Assembly: GCA_045646625.1 (NCBI GenBank)
Contig: JAZRLB010000002.1
Location: forward strand, 4,544 to 68,543
Direction: 5' to 3'
DNA: 64,000 bases
Origin: Candidatus Enterousia sp.
Lineage (GTDB): Bacteria; Pseudomonadota; Alphaproteobacteria; Rs-D84
The notes beneath the pieces are model-generated. The model made no database searches, was not told where the DNA came from, and worked only from the letters and a program-made list of their open reading frames with translations. Shown here piece by piece: positions 45,310 to 55,294 of this stretch. Position 1 is the stretch's first letter. Each line of letters starts with the position of its first letter. The position numbers were made by a program, and so were the translations under genes.

Positions 45310-45708
45310 ATGGAAGTGGAAATAATGCGGTTTTGCAGGGCGTTTCAACGAAATGTTGGTGATGATATGCCGATTCGGATTAGTCAATTTGCGGTGTTAA
45401 ATATTATGTGTACACGTCCTGGGCCGCATATGCCGGCTGCGTTGGCTGATCTCTTGGGGGTGTCCAAGGCAATGATAAGTGGCCATATTGCTGCGCTGGT
45501 GTCGCGTGGCTTGGTTTCGCGTGTTCAGTCGCCAGAAGATGGACGTAGTGTCTATGTTATGCCCAGCAAAAGTGGACGTGATTTGTTTAACAAGGTTTCC
45601 AAGCAAAATGCTGATAAAATGAATGTGTTAAAAACACAAATGGGTGAAAAAAAGTTTTATGCACTTGTTGAATTAATTGCAGCCGCAAATCAGATTATTG
45701 ATAAGTGA
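45310..45708 (+). CDS. MarR family transcriptional regulator
   Basis: ISQFAVLNIMCTRPGPHMPAALADLLGVSKAMISGHIAALVSRGLVSRVQSPEDGRSVYVMPSKSGRDLF is a winged helix-turn-helix. Confidence 0.85.
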   Translation: MEVEIMRFCRAFQRNVGDDMPIRISQFAVLNIMCTRPGPHMPAALADLLGVSKAMISGHIAALVSRGLVSRVQSPEDGRSVYVMPSKSGRDLFNKVSKQNADKMNVLKTQMGEKKFYALVELIAAANQIIDK

Positions 45709-46378
45709 TGCTGTGAATTCAAATATGGTTTGTTAATTTTTTTTCGTGCGCGTGAAAAAAAACGCGCCCAGGAGGCATCGCTTTTTGTGCAACTTGCAGA
45801 TATTTTTGAGCAATATTTTCAAATTCTGTGATTTGACCGCTTAATTTGCTGTGCGGTTCGCGGATTTGGGGATCATTGCATTTTGAATGCCTTAGGAATT
45901 TAGTTCTGATAAAAGTTTTTGGGATGCGGCGATGTCGCCAAAACTGGTATGACATATGCCAATGTTCAGCATTAGAAACATAATTAATATTTTTTCATCT
46001 CATTTTCTCTTTTCGGTAAATGTGTCACCCGATTCAGTCTAATAAAAAGAAGAACATCTGCATGAACAATATGGTCGGGTGGGTGAAAATCAATAGAACG
46101 GTGATTGTACTGGTTTTTCGATTTCTTGAATTGTACGTACCCCCCAAAAAACACACAAACAAACATACACACGACCGGCGTTAGGGAAAAATGGTGTGTA
46201 AATATACCGAAACAGTTAATATGTTACGATGCGTCTAGCACCGGTTGTAGGCCCTGAATTATGTATGTTATGGTAGTAAAAAAATTAGGCGCCAAGTCCA
46301 GGAAAAATAATAATGTTATATAAAACTATTGGGTTCTGACTTGAATTTTATAAATTTTAGTATAAAATAGTGCTTGTT

Positions 46379-46455
46379 GCGCCCTTAGCTCAGCTGGATA
46401 GAGCATCAGATTTCTAATCTGCAGGTCACAGGTTCGAATCCTGTAGGGCGTGCCA
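46379..46455 (+). tRNA. tRNA-Arg (anticodon UCU)
   Basis: GCGCCCTTAGCTCAGCTGGATAGAGCATCAGA-TTTCTAA-TCTGCAGGTCACAGGTTCGAATCCTGTAGGGCGTGCCA. Confidence 0.92.
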
Positions 46456-46548
46456 GAAATTCAAGCGCCGCCGGTTGGCGGTGTTTTAGTTTTAATAAAA
46501 AATAAACCGTCGCAAATTGCGGCGGTGTTGATTGATTGGTTTGTTTGT

Positions 46549-46797
46549 CTAGCGGTCTGGTTGCTGTGCAGATGGTGTGAAGTATTTTATGAAATCATTC
46601 AGTGTTGCACCGGTTGCGTCCAGGATTTTTGCGATGCTGCCTGTGGATGGCCAGCGGGGTTGGCCGTATTTTGACCAGCGTTTGCTTTTGTTAAATGTGG
46701 TTGGGTCCAGTCCGCAATATTTTGCCAGCCCAGAACAGGACATTTTGTGTTCTTTGGCAAAGACATCAATTGCATACCATACGTCATTGTGTGTCAT
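46549..46797 (-). CDS. Helix-turn-helix protein resembling the N-terminal domain of phage-type (S24/LexA-like) repressors
   Basis: MSCSGLAKYCGLDPTTFNKSKRWSKYGQPRWPSTGSIAKILDATGATLNDF. It is only 82 aa and has no peptidase domain. Confidence 0.65.
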   Translation of the reverse strand: MTHNDVWYAIDVFAKEHKMSCSGLAKYCGLDPTTFNKSKRWSKYGQPRWPSTGSIAKILDATGATLNDFIKYFTPSAQQPDR

Positions 46798-47028
46798 ATA
46801 AAACTCCTTTTTGTTGTACTGTTTGTCGGTACGTAATGCATTATAAATTAGGTTTTTATGTATTTTTTTATACTGTTTTTATGTAATATTTTGTATAAAA
46901 TGGGTATATTTAGGGACAGAATAGGCGGATTTTCGGATTTGTGTGGTTCTGTTGGGACGAAAAAAGGGTTTTTATTCTTAGCTAGAAAAGACAAAAAATT
47001 GGTTGTGATGCAAAAATAGGGGTGCGCT

Positions 47029-47934
47029 ATGCCTACAATTAAGGCTAAAATTACATTTTTACGTGAACTATTGGCTTTGAAAGAAGTTATAGATTTGGGG
47101 CAGATTCATGCAGCGGCAGAACGAAATGGTATTAAACATTCTAATATGTCTAGGTTGATTTCTGATTTGGAACTTCGATATAAAGCTCGTTTGTTAATGC
47201 GTAGCCCTGCGGGGTGTGTGCCAACAAACACATCGCGACAGTTGTATGCGGATATAGAACATATTGTTGAGGCTTTGGATAAGCTGATGCACAATGTTGC
47301 TGGTCCAGAGGAGCTGTCAGGTAATATTTCTGTTTGGACAGAAGAGGGGTTTGCAGGCAGTTTATTGTTTTTTGAGCTGTACAAGCTGTATGCTAAGTAT
47401 CCCAAACTTCGATTGGATGTGATAACGAATCGGCATGTTAATAGCACAAATCCAGATATTGCGATTATGAGTATGCGATCTGCCAGTAAGATTCCGGGTA
47501 CAAGTATGTTGTTTAAGTTTAAAACCAAAGTAAAGTTTTATTCTACACCTGCTTATCTAGAGAAGCGTGGGAAGCCCGATGGCATTGATGATATGCTGGA
47601 AAATTATGATTTGTGTATACGGCAGAATTTTTTAGAGCAACCAGAATGTAAGTTTATTTTAAAACGTGCAAAAAGATTAAATATAACAACGGATTCTGCG
47701 TCTATTATTTATCAGTTGGTGTGTGATGGTGCTGGTATTGCCTTGATGCCAGAGTGGTGTACTATGAAAAACAGTAAATTGGTTGAAGTGCCTAATATGG
47801 ATTTTGATTATGAATATGTGTTGGTGGGGATAAGTAATCCTTTGACTATGAAAAGTCAAAAGGTTCGTGCATTTTTGGAATTCTTTTATGAATTTTGTCG
47901 TGAATATGAAATACCGCTGGAAATATTTGAATAG
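47029..47934 (+). CDS. LysR family transcriptional regulator
   Basis: LRELLALKEVIDLGQIHAAAERNGIKHSNMSRLISDLE forms the HTH. A LysR substrate-binding-like C-terminal region follows. Confidence 0.8.
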   Translation: MPTIKAKITFLRELLALKEVIDLGQIHAAAERNGIKHSNMSRLISDLELRYKARLLMRSPAGCVPTNTSRQLYADIEHIVEALDKLMHNVAGPEELSGNISVWTEEGFAGSLLFFELYKLYAKYPKLRLDVITNRHVNSTNPDIAIMSMRSASKIPGTSMLFKFKTKVKFYSTPAYLEKRGKPDGIDDMLENYDLCIRQNFLEQPECKFILKRAKRLNITTDSASIIYQLVCDGAGIALMPEWCTMKNSKLVEVPNMDFDYEYVLVGISNPLTMKSQKVRAFLEFFYEFCREYEIPLEIFE

Positions 47935-48010
47935 CTGTTTTATTTAGCAAATCGTTCCTGTGTCGGGTACGGGATAGCCGTGATATAATTGTGCCAAAAG
48001 GAGAGAAAAA

Positions 48011-48487
48011 ATGAAAAAATTTTGGACTTTTGTTTTGGCTGTTGTTATCTCGTTTATCCCGGGGATAATCGGCGGGTTCTTTTCACCTATGTCGCCGGGG
48101 GCAAATGAATGGTATAATGGGTTGGTGCAGTCTGTGTTGACACCTAATGGTTGGGTGTTTAGTGTTGCGTGGATTATTTTGTATGCGTTGTTGGGTATTG
48201 CGTTGTATCTGGTTATGGTGGCTGCAAAAACGCGTCAAAACAAAGCGTTGGCGTATGCGTTGTTTGTTGCACAGATGGGATTGAACGCGTTGTGGAGTTA
48301 TTTGTTCTTTGGCCTGCATATGATTGGTGGGGCGTTGGTTTGTTTGGTTGCGCTGGTTGCGGTGGCAATTTGGATGGCGGCGGCGTTTAAACCAATCAGT
48401 CGTGGTGCGTCATATCTGGTGTGGCCGTATATTTTATGGTTGATATTTGCGCTGTATTTGAATGCTGTGATATTGACACTAAATTAA
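48011..48487 (+). CDS. tspO: TspO/MBR family tryptophan-rich sensory protein
   Basis: Five TM segments. WYNGLVQSVLTPNGWVFSVAWIILYALLGIA...LNALWSYLFF...LWLIFALYLN. Confidence 0.85.
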   Translation: MKKFWTFVLAVVISFIPGIIGGFFSPMSPGANEWYNGLVQSVLTPNGWVFSVAWIILYALLGIALYLVMVAAKTRQNKALAYALFVAQMGLNALWSYLFFGLHMIGGALVCLVALVAVAIWMAAAFKPISRGASYLVWPYILWLIFALYLNAVILTLN

Positions 48488-48512
48488 AAAAATCCGCCGT
48501 TTGGCGGTTTTT
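48486..48512. terminator. Bidirectional rho-independent terminator
   Basis: aaaaaaatccgcc-gttt-ggcggttttt. Confidence 0.65.
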
Positions 48513-48846
48513 AAATTTTTAATATTTTAGCCTTGGGGTCGCCGATGTTCAGGTATTTTAATCCTAATTCTTCGACAAAGTCAGGACTGTAATTTTGCAG
48601 CAGTTTTATATGCTGGTGTAATTCGTCCAGCGTGGATTGTTCCGTGGCTAGGTGTTCGTTTTCCTTGTTCAGTTGCCACAGGTTGTATCCAAAACGTTGG
48701 ACGCTGACATCGCCCCAAAACAAGCCGATGAACATAAAGCCTGCAAACAGTGTTAAAATAATTCCCAGTTTACCACGGGCACCGCCAGACCAGGCAGAGC
48801 CCATAAAGCTAAATAAATTTTTGATTTTTTCTTTCATGGATGGCAT
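48511..48846 (-). CDS. Septum formation initiator family protein (FtsB/DivIC-like)
   Basis: Single TM segment (GIILTLFAGFMFIGLFWG), then a coiled coil (LWQLNKENEHLATEQSTLDELHQHIKLL), then ...DFVEELGLKYLNIGDPKAKI. Confidence 0.65.
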   Translation of the reverse strand: MPSMKEKIKNLFSFMGSAWSGGARGKLGIILTLFAGFMFIGLFWGDVSVQRFGYNLWQLNKENEHLATEQSTLDELHQHIKLLQNYSPDFVEELGLKYLNIGDPKAKILKI

Positions 48847-48856
48847 TATATCATAA

Positions 48857-49768
48857 ATGTTTAGTGATAATCAAATTTTTGCTGCTCCATTGGCTGGGAT
48901 TACAGACCGGCCATTTCGGCGTATAGTGCGCGAGTTTTCGCCAAATGCACCGTTGGTGACTGAAATGATATCATGTCATTCTATTGTGGGGGCGCATAAA
49001 AATTGTTTGCGTAATTTTGATAATTATGCGGATGAAGGTGATGTAGGTGCCCAGATTTTTGGTGCAGATGTTAATTTGATGGCGGATGCTGCGCGTATTT
49101 TGCAAGATGCGGGTGCAAAATGGATTGATATTAATATGGGGTGTCCTGTGCCTAAGGTCGCAACACGTGCAGGCGCAGGTGCGCATTTGATGCGTGATCA
49201 TATGTTGGCGGGTAAAATAATGCGCGCTGTGGTGGGGGCTGTAAAGATACCTGTGTCGATTAAAACGCGCCTTGGCTGGGACGAAGGGCATTGCGATTGG
49301 CGTGATCTGATTCATGTTGCTGCGGATTCAGGTATTCGTTTTGCTGCTTTGCATGGGCGGACGCGCGCGCAATTGTATCTGGGGAAGGCGATGCATCCGG
49401 ATGTGTCTGCTTTGCCAATTCCAATTATTGCAAATGGTGATATAAAAGTCGTAGATGATTTGTGTGGATTGTTGGAATTGGGGTATGCGGGTGCGATGAT
49501 TGGACGTGGAATACTTGGGCGGCCGTGGTTATTGGCAGAAATTTGTGGTGGCGCGGCGCCAGAAAATGTTGGTCAAATTGTTTTAAGACATCTGGAATAC
49601 GCGATTGAATACTATGGTGAAAAAACAGCAGTGCCTATGTTTCGTAAGCATGTGGCCTGGTACAGTGCGGGTATGCCGAACTCTTCGGATTTTAGAATAA
49701 AAGTTAATCAATTAGATAACGCCGATGCCTTAAAGGTTGCAATTCGTGAATTTTGGGGTATGATTTAG
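48857..49768 (+). CDS. dusB: tRNA-dihydrouridine synthase
   Basis: FAAPLAGITDRPFRRIVREF...GAQIFGAD...IDINMGCPVPKV...GAGAHLMRD...SIKTRLGWD...LHGRTRAQ. Confidence 0.85.
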   Translation: MFSDNQIFAAPLAGITDRPFRRIVREFSPNAPLVTEMISCHSIVGAHKNCLRNFDNYADEGDVGAQIFGADVNLMADAARILQDAGAKWIDINMGCPVPKVATRAGAGAHLMRDHMLAGKIMRAVVGAVKIPVSIKTRLGWDEGHCDWRDLIHVAADSGIRFAALHGRTRAQLYLGKAMHPDVSALPIPIIANGDIKVVDDLCGLLELGYAGAMIGRGILGRPWLLAEICGGAAPENVGQIVLRHLEYAIEYYGEKTAVPMFRKHVAWYSAGMPNSSDFRIKVNQLDNADALKVAIREFWGMI

Positions 49769-49799
49769 AAACAGTTAATTTTTTAGGGGATTTTGAATT

Positions 49800-50672
49800 A
49801 TGACAGAAAATATCGAAAATGTAGATACAGTTGTTGAAACACCAGTACCGTTAACGGCGGGTGAAATGTTGCGCGCAGCACGTACCACAGGTCGTCGCAA
49901 ACGTGAAATTCCAACGATTTCTAAGCAACTGTGTATTCGCGAGGAATTCTTGGAAGCATTGGAAAACGGTGATTACAGTGTTATTCCTGAGCCTGTATAT
50001 ATTTTGGGGTTTGCACGTAATTATGCGATGGAATTAGGGCTAAATCCAGACGAAATCGTTGCTAAAATCAAACAAGAAATGGGATTGGCTTCGGGGGGCG
50101 CGGATGATGATGAGGATGCCACGGCGTGCGCAATGCCAAGTATTAAGGAAGAAAGCTGGGGCAAGGTTATGCTTGGTAAGGCATATCAGTTTGTTTATCA
50201 AAATTGGATTTGGTTTGTTGGTGGTATCGTTGCAATTGCGCTGATTGTGTTCGCAGTTATTATGTTGAGTCCATCTAATACGGATGTGGCGGCGACACCA
50301 ACAGAGCAGGTTGTTGTTTCGGTCGAGGATATGGTTGAAGAACCAGAATACAAATTGGCTGTGCGTGAACGATTTGGCACGGATAATCGTGCAAGTGCAG
50401 AAATTATTTTGCAGGCAAATAAAAAAACGGGTGAAGCGGGTACGTGGGTTGAAATCAAGGATGCGCGTGGCCGTACAGAACTAAGCCGTGTTTTAATGCC
50501 TGGTGATGTGTATTACGTGCCGGCAAAGGGTAAATACAAGGCTACGTTTGGTAATGCGGGTGGTATTGACGTGTGGGTTGAAGGAAAGTTGGCGCCCCAG
50601 GTTGGTCAGGAATATAAGAAAGTTTCAGGAATAGAATTAACGCCTGAAAATTTAATGAAATCAGTAAAATAA
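49800..50672 (+). CDS. RodZ-like helix-turn-helix / DUF4115 membrane protein
   Basis: The N-terminal HTH is LTAGEMLRAARTTGRRKREIPTISKQLCIREEFLEALENGDY. A single TM segment and a C-terminal beta-rich domain (...WVEIKDARGRTELSRVLMPGDVYYVP) follow. Confidence 0.7.
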   Translation: MTENIENVDTVVETPVPLTAGEMLRAARTTGRRKREIPTISKQLCIREEFLEALENGDYSVIPEPVYILGFARNYAMELGLNPDEIVAKIKQEMGLASGGADDDEDATACAMPSIKEESWGKVMLGKAYQFVYQNWIWFVGGIVAIALIVFAVIMLSPSNTDVAATPTEQVVVSVEDMVEEPEYKLAVRERFGTDNRASAEIILQANKKTGEAGTWVEIKDARGRTELSRVLMPGDVYYVPAKGKYKATFGNAGGIDVWVEGKLAPQVGQEYKKVSGIELTPENLMKSVK

Positions 50673-50747
50673 AAATGACAGGGGCGAAAAGGATTTTTCG
50701 CCCTTTGTATTGAAATTTTTTTAGTGTAAACTATATACAATCATACT

Positions 50748-53618
50748 ATGGCAAATGTAATTAAAATTCGCGGTGCACGTGAAAATAATCTTAAAAATGT
50801 TGATTTGGACATACCAAAACATAAATTGGTGGTCTTTACCGGCGTATCTGGTTCTGGGAAATCGTCGTTGGCATTTAATACTATTTATGCCGAGGGGCAG
50901 CGCAGATATGTCGAGTCGTTGTCTAGTTATGCGCGTCAGTTTTTAGATATGCAGAAAAAACCTGATGTCGATTTAATCGAAGGTTTGGCGCCTGCAATTT
51001 CAATTGAACAAAAGACAACATCTAAAAATCCGCGCTCTACCGTTGGTACTGTGACAGAAGTGTATGATTATTTGCGATTGCTGTGGGCGCGTATTGGGGT
51101 GCCGCATTCGCCTGTGACGGGATTGCCGATTAAATCACAGACTGTCGTGGAAATGGTTGATTGGACTATGAAAATTCCGGCGGGGGTCAAGATTTTTATA
51201 ATGGCACCATTGGTGCGTGAAAGAAAAGGTGAATATCGTAAAGAATTGGCATTCTTGGTAAAGCAGGGGTATCAACGTGCGATAATTGATGGAGAATTAG
51301 TCGATTTGTCGGCGGTTGGTGTATTGGATAAAAATAAAAAGCATAATATTTTTGTTATTGTTGATCGTTTGCAGATGCCACCGTTGGATTCCGATACAGA
51401 AGAATTTCGTTCGCGACTGTACTCTTCGTTCGAGGGGGCGTTGCGTTTGGTTCCGGGCTCGGTTTTGGTGCGTCGGTTGGATACAAATGAAGATACGCTG
51501 TATTCGCAAAGTTATGCGTGTCCGGTCAGTGGCTTTACGGTGCCTAAAATTGAACCGCGTTTATTTTCTTTTAATGCGCCTATGGGGGCGTGTCAGAATT
51601 GTGATGGTTTGGGTGTTCAGTTAAATATGTCGCCTGATTTGGTGGTGCCAGATCCGTCTAAGTCAATCTTGGGTGGAGCGATTGCGCCTTGGTCGCGCGG
51701 TGGAATGTTGAGTCAGTTTGAGCACTTGCTGGATGCGTTGCATAAAAAGTTCAAGATTCCTTTGTCTAAGCCGTGGCATACGTTGACCCAGGAACAGAAA
51801 GATTTGATTCTGTATGGCAGTGGAGATGAAGCGATTAAGATTAATTGGAACGGATTTGTGTATGAAAAGCCATATGAAGGCGTTATTCCAAATATTGAAC
51901 GGCGTTGGCGTGAATCTGAATCCGAAGCGATGCGTACAGAATTGTCTAAGTATCAATCTGAAAAACCGTGTCCGGTTTGCCATGGCAAGCGATTGAATAT
52001 TCAAGCACTGTGTGTGCGTATTAATGGTGCGGACATTATGGATGTGTGTGATATGCCTGTTGATGACAGTTTGGTGTGGTTCCAAGATTTACCAAATCAT
52101 TTGTCGCAAAAAGATAATGATATTGCACGTATGGTTTTGCGTGAAATTACAGACAGGTTATATTTCTTGAAAAATGTGGGATTGGGGTATTTGACATTGT
52201 CACGTATGGCGGGAACATTGTCCGGTGGCGAGGCCCAGCGAATTCGCCTGGCGTCACAGATTGGCAGTGGGCTGTCCGGGGTGTTGTATGTGCTGGATGA
52301 GCCTTCTATTGGGTTGCATCAAGCGGATAATGATAAACTGTTAGAAACGTTGAAAATGCTGCGTGACAAGGATAATACCGTTATTGTTGTCGAACACGAT
52401 GAAGATGCGATGCGCGCGGCGGATTATTTGGTTGATATTGGACGTGGCGCGGGTATAAATGGTGGTAATGTTATCGCACACGGTACGCCCGCCCAGGTGA
52501 TAAAAAATAAGGAATCGATTACGGGGCAATATTTGTCTGGGGGGCGTAAGATAGAAGTGCCAAAAAAACGTCGTGCGGGTAATGGTAAGTCAATAGTCGT
52601 GTCTGGGGCGCGCGAAAATAATTTGAAAAATGTGGATGTTGAGTTTCCTTTGGGAAAATTTGTTGCGCTGACAGGGGTGTCGGGGTCGGGTAAGTCGACG
52701 TTGCTGTTGAATACATTATATCCCGCGTTGATGCGTGCGCTGTATAATTCTAAAATGGAAACGGGGGCGCACGATATTATTCGTGGTATGGAAAATGTAG
52801 ATAAAGTAGTTGATATTGACCAATCGCCAATTGGGCGCAGCCCGCGCAGTAATCCTGCAACATATACGGGGGTGTTTGGTGATATTCGTGATTTCTTTGC
52901 TGCATTGCCTGAGGCAAAATCACGTGGGTATGGGCCGGGCAGATTCTCGTTCAACGTAAAGGGTGGGCGCTGCGAGGCGTGCCAAGGGGATGGTCAGATT
53001 AAGATTGAAATGAATTTCTTGGCGGATGTTTATGTGGAATGTGATTGCTGTCACGGATCGCGATATAATGAAGAAACATTGGCGGTGAAATACAAAGGAA
53101 AATCAATCGCAGATGTGTTGAATATGACAGTTGAAGAAGCGTACAGGTTCTTTGTAAATGTACCAAAAATTGCCCGGAAATTAGAATTGTTAAAGCGGGT
53201 TGGGTTGGATTACATCAAATTGGGGCAAAGTTCACTGGACCTGTCCGGTGGTGAAGCACAACGTATCAAGTTATCTAAGGAATTGGCAGCGCGCAGTACA
53301 GGTGAAACCATTTATATTTTGGACGAGCCTACAACCGGTCTGCATTTTGAAGATATAAAAATGCTGTTGTCTGTTCTGCACGAGTTGGTCGAGCAGGGCA
53401 ATACGGTAATCGTTATTGAGCATAATTTGGAAGTGATTAAAACCGCTGACTGGATTATTGATTTGGGGCCAAATGGTGGCGCAGGGGGCGGTCGGATTGT
53501 TGCAACTGGTACGCCAGAACAGGTTGCAAGTGTTGTAGAATCAAAAACAGGAAAATATTTACAGCGTTATCTGGACAAACCATCAAAATTAGGTAAAATA
53601 AAGGGACAAAAGGAGTAG
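50748..53618 (+). CDS. uvrA: Excinuclease ABC subunit A
   Basis: [54 protein letters not shown] second ATPase module reads [33 protein letters not shown]. Zn-finger Cys clusters are present. Confidence 0.98.
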   Translation: MANVIKIRGARENNLKNVDLDIPKHKLVVFTGVSGSGKSSLAFNTIYAEGQRRYVESLSSYARQFLDMQKKPDVDLIEGLAPAISIEQKTTSKNPRSTVGTVTEVYDYLRLLWARIGVPHSPVTGLPIKSQTVVEMVDWTMKIPAGVKIFIMAPLVRERKGEYRKELAFLVKQGYQRAIIDGELVDLSAVGVLDKNKKHNIFVIVDRLQMPPLDSDTEEFRSRLYSSFEGALRLVPGSVLVRRLDTNEDTLYSQSYACPVSGFTVPKIEPRLFSFNAPMGACQNCDGLGVQLNMSPDLVVPDPSKSILGGAIAPWSRGGMLSQFEHLLDALHKKFKIPLSKPWHTLTQEQKDLILYGSGDEAIKINWNGFVYEKPYEGVIPNIERRWRESESEAMRTELSKYQSEKPCPVCHGKRLNIQALCVRINGADIMDVCDMPVDDSLVWFQDLPNHLSQKDNDIARMVLREITDRLYFLKNVGLGYLTLSRMAGTLSGGEAQRIRLASQIGSGLSGVLYVLDEPSIGLHQADNDKLLETLKMLRDKDNTVIVVEHDEDAMRAADYLVDIGRGAGINGGNVIAHGTPAQVIKNKESITGQYLSGGRKIEVPKKRRAGNGKSIVVSGARENNLKNVDVEFPLGKFVALTGVSGSGKSTLLLNTLYPALMRALYNSKMETGAHDIIRGMENVDKVVDIDQSPIGRSPRSNPATYTGVFGDIRDFFAALPEAKSRGYGPGRFSFNVKGGRCEACQGDGQIKIEMNFLADVYVECDCCHGSRYNEETLAVKYKGKSIADVLNMTVEEAYRFFVNVPKIARKLELLKRVGLDYIKLGQSSLDLSGGEAQRIKLSKELAARSTGETIYILDEPTTGLHFEDIKMLLSVLHELVEQGNTVIVIEHNLEVIKTADWIIDLGPNGGAGGGRIVATGTPEQVASVVESKTGKYLQRYLDKPSKLGKIKGQKE

Positions 53619-53620
53619 TT

Positions 53621-54142
53621 ATGTTTGGATTTGGTAAAAAAAAGGCAAAAGCACCAGTTAATAATATATCAGAAGCGGATATCAAAGCGGCAGAAAAGGA
53701 TCTGGGCGCAGATAAAATGCCTGCCGGTATGAAGGAAACGGCCCAGCGTATGATGTCGGGGCAATTTGATATGAATGATATGTTGGCGCAATTGAAGCAG
53801 ATTAAGAAAATGAGCAATTTTAGCGGTCTGTTGAAAATGGTGCCAGGGATGAGTGGCGCTGTTTCTGCTATGAAGGAAAAAATTAAGGATGGCAGCGTTG
53901 ACGCCCAGATTAAAATTTTGGAAGCAATGACACCAGCGGAACGTGCTGAGCCAGAAAAAGTGTTCGCAAATGCCAAAGCGCGTATTGCTGAAACTGCGGG
54001 CTGCACTGTGCGTGATGTTGAACATATCATTAAACAATATACAAAAATGAAGCAGCAGATGGCTATGATTCAGCGTATGGGCGGAATGGAAGCCGTAATG
54101 CAGAAAATGCAGCAGCAGGGTGGTGTGCCGGGTGCAAAATGA
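53621..54142 (+). CDS. Stand-alone SRP54/Ffh M-domain-like protein (173 aa)
   Basis: GQFDMNDMLAQLKQIKKMSNFSGLLKMVPGM...ILEAMTPAERAEPEKVFANAKARIAETAGCTVRDVEHIIKQYTKMKQQMAMIQRMGGM is colinear with the E. coli Ffh M domain (FDLNDFLEQLRQMKNMGGM...INSMTMKERAKPEII...RIAAGSG...DVNRLLKQF). No NG (GTPase) domain lies upstream, because uvrA ends 2 nt before. Confidence 0.7.
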   Translation: MFGFGKKKAKAPVNNISEADIKAAEKDLGADKMPAGMKETAQRMMSGQFDMNDMLAQLKQIKKMSNFSGLLKMVPGMSGAVSAMKEKIKDGSVDAQIKILEAMTPAERAEPEKVFANAKARIAETAGCTVRDVEHIIKQYTKMKQQMAMIQRMGGMEAVMQKMQQQGGVPGAK

Positions 54143-54798
54143 AGATAACGAATAAAAAAATTGCCAGTAAAAAATCATCGGTCGCTTGGCTGCAACGCCA
54201 GGCGGCTGATCCCTATGTTGCGCGTGCACAGAAAGAAGGTTATCGTGCGCGGGCGGCCTATAAACTGATAGAAATGAATGAGAAGTTCAAGTTTCTGCGT
54301 AATGGCCAGGTGGTTGTAGATTTGGGGGCGGCGCCGGGGTCTTGGTCGCAATATATTGCGCGTACATATCCAAAATCGCGTGTGTTTGCGATGGATTTGC
54401 TGGAAATTTCGCCGATTGTCGGTGTGGAGACATATCAAGGTGATTTTACGTCTGATGAAGCCTTGCGCTGGCTGGAAGAAAAATTGGGGTTGCGGGCCGA
54501 TGAAATTGGTGCAGGTACTGCGGATGTTATTGTGTCTGATATGGCGCCAAATACAGTTGGGCATAAAAAAACAGATCATATTCGTCAAATGGTATTGTTG
54601 GAATATGCGTTTGATTTTGCACTGCGTGCATTAAAGCCGGGCGGGACATTTGTTTGTAAATCGTTTACAGGTGGTACAACCCAAGATTTGTTAAAGCAAA
54701 TCAAAGAACATTTTGAATCTGTACATCATATAAAACCACCGTCATCGCGTAAAGATAGTGTGGAAATGTTTATTGTTGCACTGGGGTTCAGGGGTTAA
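54139..54798 (+). CDS. rlmE: 23S rRNA (uridine2552-2'-O)-methyltransferase RlmE (FtsJ)
   Basis: SSVAWLQRQAADPYVARAQKEGYRARAAYKLIEMNEKFKFL...VVDLGAAPGSWSQY...VSDMAPN. The ATG overlaps the upstream stop (ATGA). Confidence 0.92.
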   Translation: MKITNKKIASKKSSVAWLQRQAADPYVARAQKEGYRARAAYKLIEMNEKFKFLRNGQVVVDLGAAPGSWSQYIARTYPKSRVFAMDLLEISPIVGVETYQGDFTSDEALRWLEEKLGLRADEIGAGTADVIVSDMAPNTVGHKKTDHIRQMVLLEYAFDFALRALKPGGTFVCKSFTGGTTQDLLKQIKEHFESVHHIKPPSSRKDSVEMFIVALGFRG

Positions 54799-54799
54799 G

Positions 54800-54829
54800 A
54801 AAAAAAGCCGCCATTTTGGCGGTTTTTTG
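54800..54829. terminator. Bidirectional rho-independent terminator
   Basis: aaaaaaagccgcc-atttt-ggcggtttttt. Confidence 0.7.
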
Positions 54830-55258
54830 TTATTTTAAACTTTCGGCCGCGGTGCGGGCCAGTGTGTCAACGCGTTCATTCATTTCATCGCCATTGTGTC
54901 CGCGTACCCAAAACCAGTGTATCTTTTTTGTGGATGCCAGTTCGTCAAGACGTTGCCATAATTCTTGATTTTTTACAGGTTTTTTATCCGCGGTGCGCCA
55001 ATTGTTTTTTTTCCAATTTTTGACCCAGGATTGCATACCGTTTTTGACATACTGGCTGTCGGTATGAATTTCTAATTCGTCGTGTTTACGTGCCGCCGTT
55101 AATGCACAAATTACCGCCATTAATTCCATACGATTGTTTGTCGTGTTCTTTTCGCCACCGCTGCGTTCTGCAATGTTTTTTCCATCGGTTGCAACAAAAC
55201 CCCATCCGCCCGGTCCGGGATTGCCCAGGCAAGAACCATCTGTCCAAATTTTTAACAT
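54830..55258 (-). CDS. rnhA: Ribonuclease HI
   Basis: IWTDGSCLGNPGPGGWGFV...TNNRMELMAVICAL...IHTDSQYV...WVRGHNGDEMNERVDTLA. Confidence 0.92.
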   Translation of the reverse strand: MLKIWTDGSCLGNPGPGGWGFVATDGKNIAERSGGEKNTTNNRMELMAVICALTAARKHDELEIHTDSQYVKNGMQSWVKNWKKNNWRTADKKPVKNQELWQRLDELASTKKIHWFWVRGHNGDEMNERVDTLARTAAESLK

Positions 55259-55294
55259 TTTTATATACGTCCTTTTTGTGATATAATATCACAT

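Larger units (their letters stand above)
40987..46378. mobile_element. Degraded integrative-island remnant between tRNA-Pro and tRNA-Arg(UCU)
   Basis: The block is AT-rich and flanked by two tRNA genes. It contains a tRNA-3'-end-like ...CCACCA fragment, an integrase N-terminal stub, a truncated and frameshifted phosphatase gene and a MarR regulator. No intact recombinase is present. Confidence 0.4.

Noticed and set aside
45719-46172. Two minus-strand ORFs (78 aa and 62 aa) in the AT-rich spacer before tRNA-Arg(UCU)
   Set aside because: They have no RBS and no recognisable motifs. I briefly considered a ParE/HigB-like toxin, but the alignment logic did not hold. They sit in a region that otherwise looks like decayed island DNA, so they are left unannotated.
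53455-54229. 191-aa and 186-aa minus-strand ORFs
   Set aside because: They are antisense to the uvrA 3' end, the SRP54 M-domain-like ORF and the rlmE 5' end, all supported by motif-level similarity.
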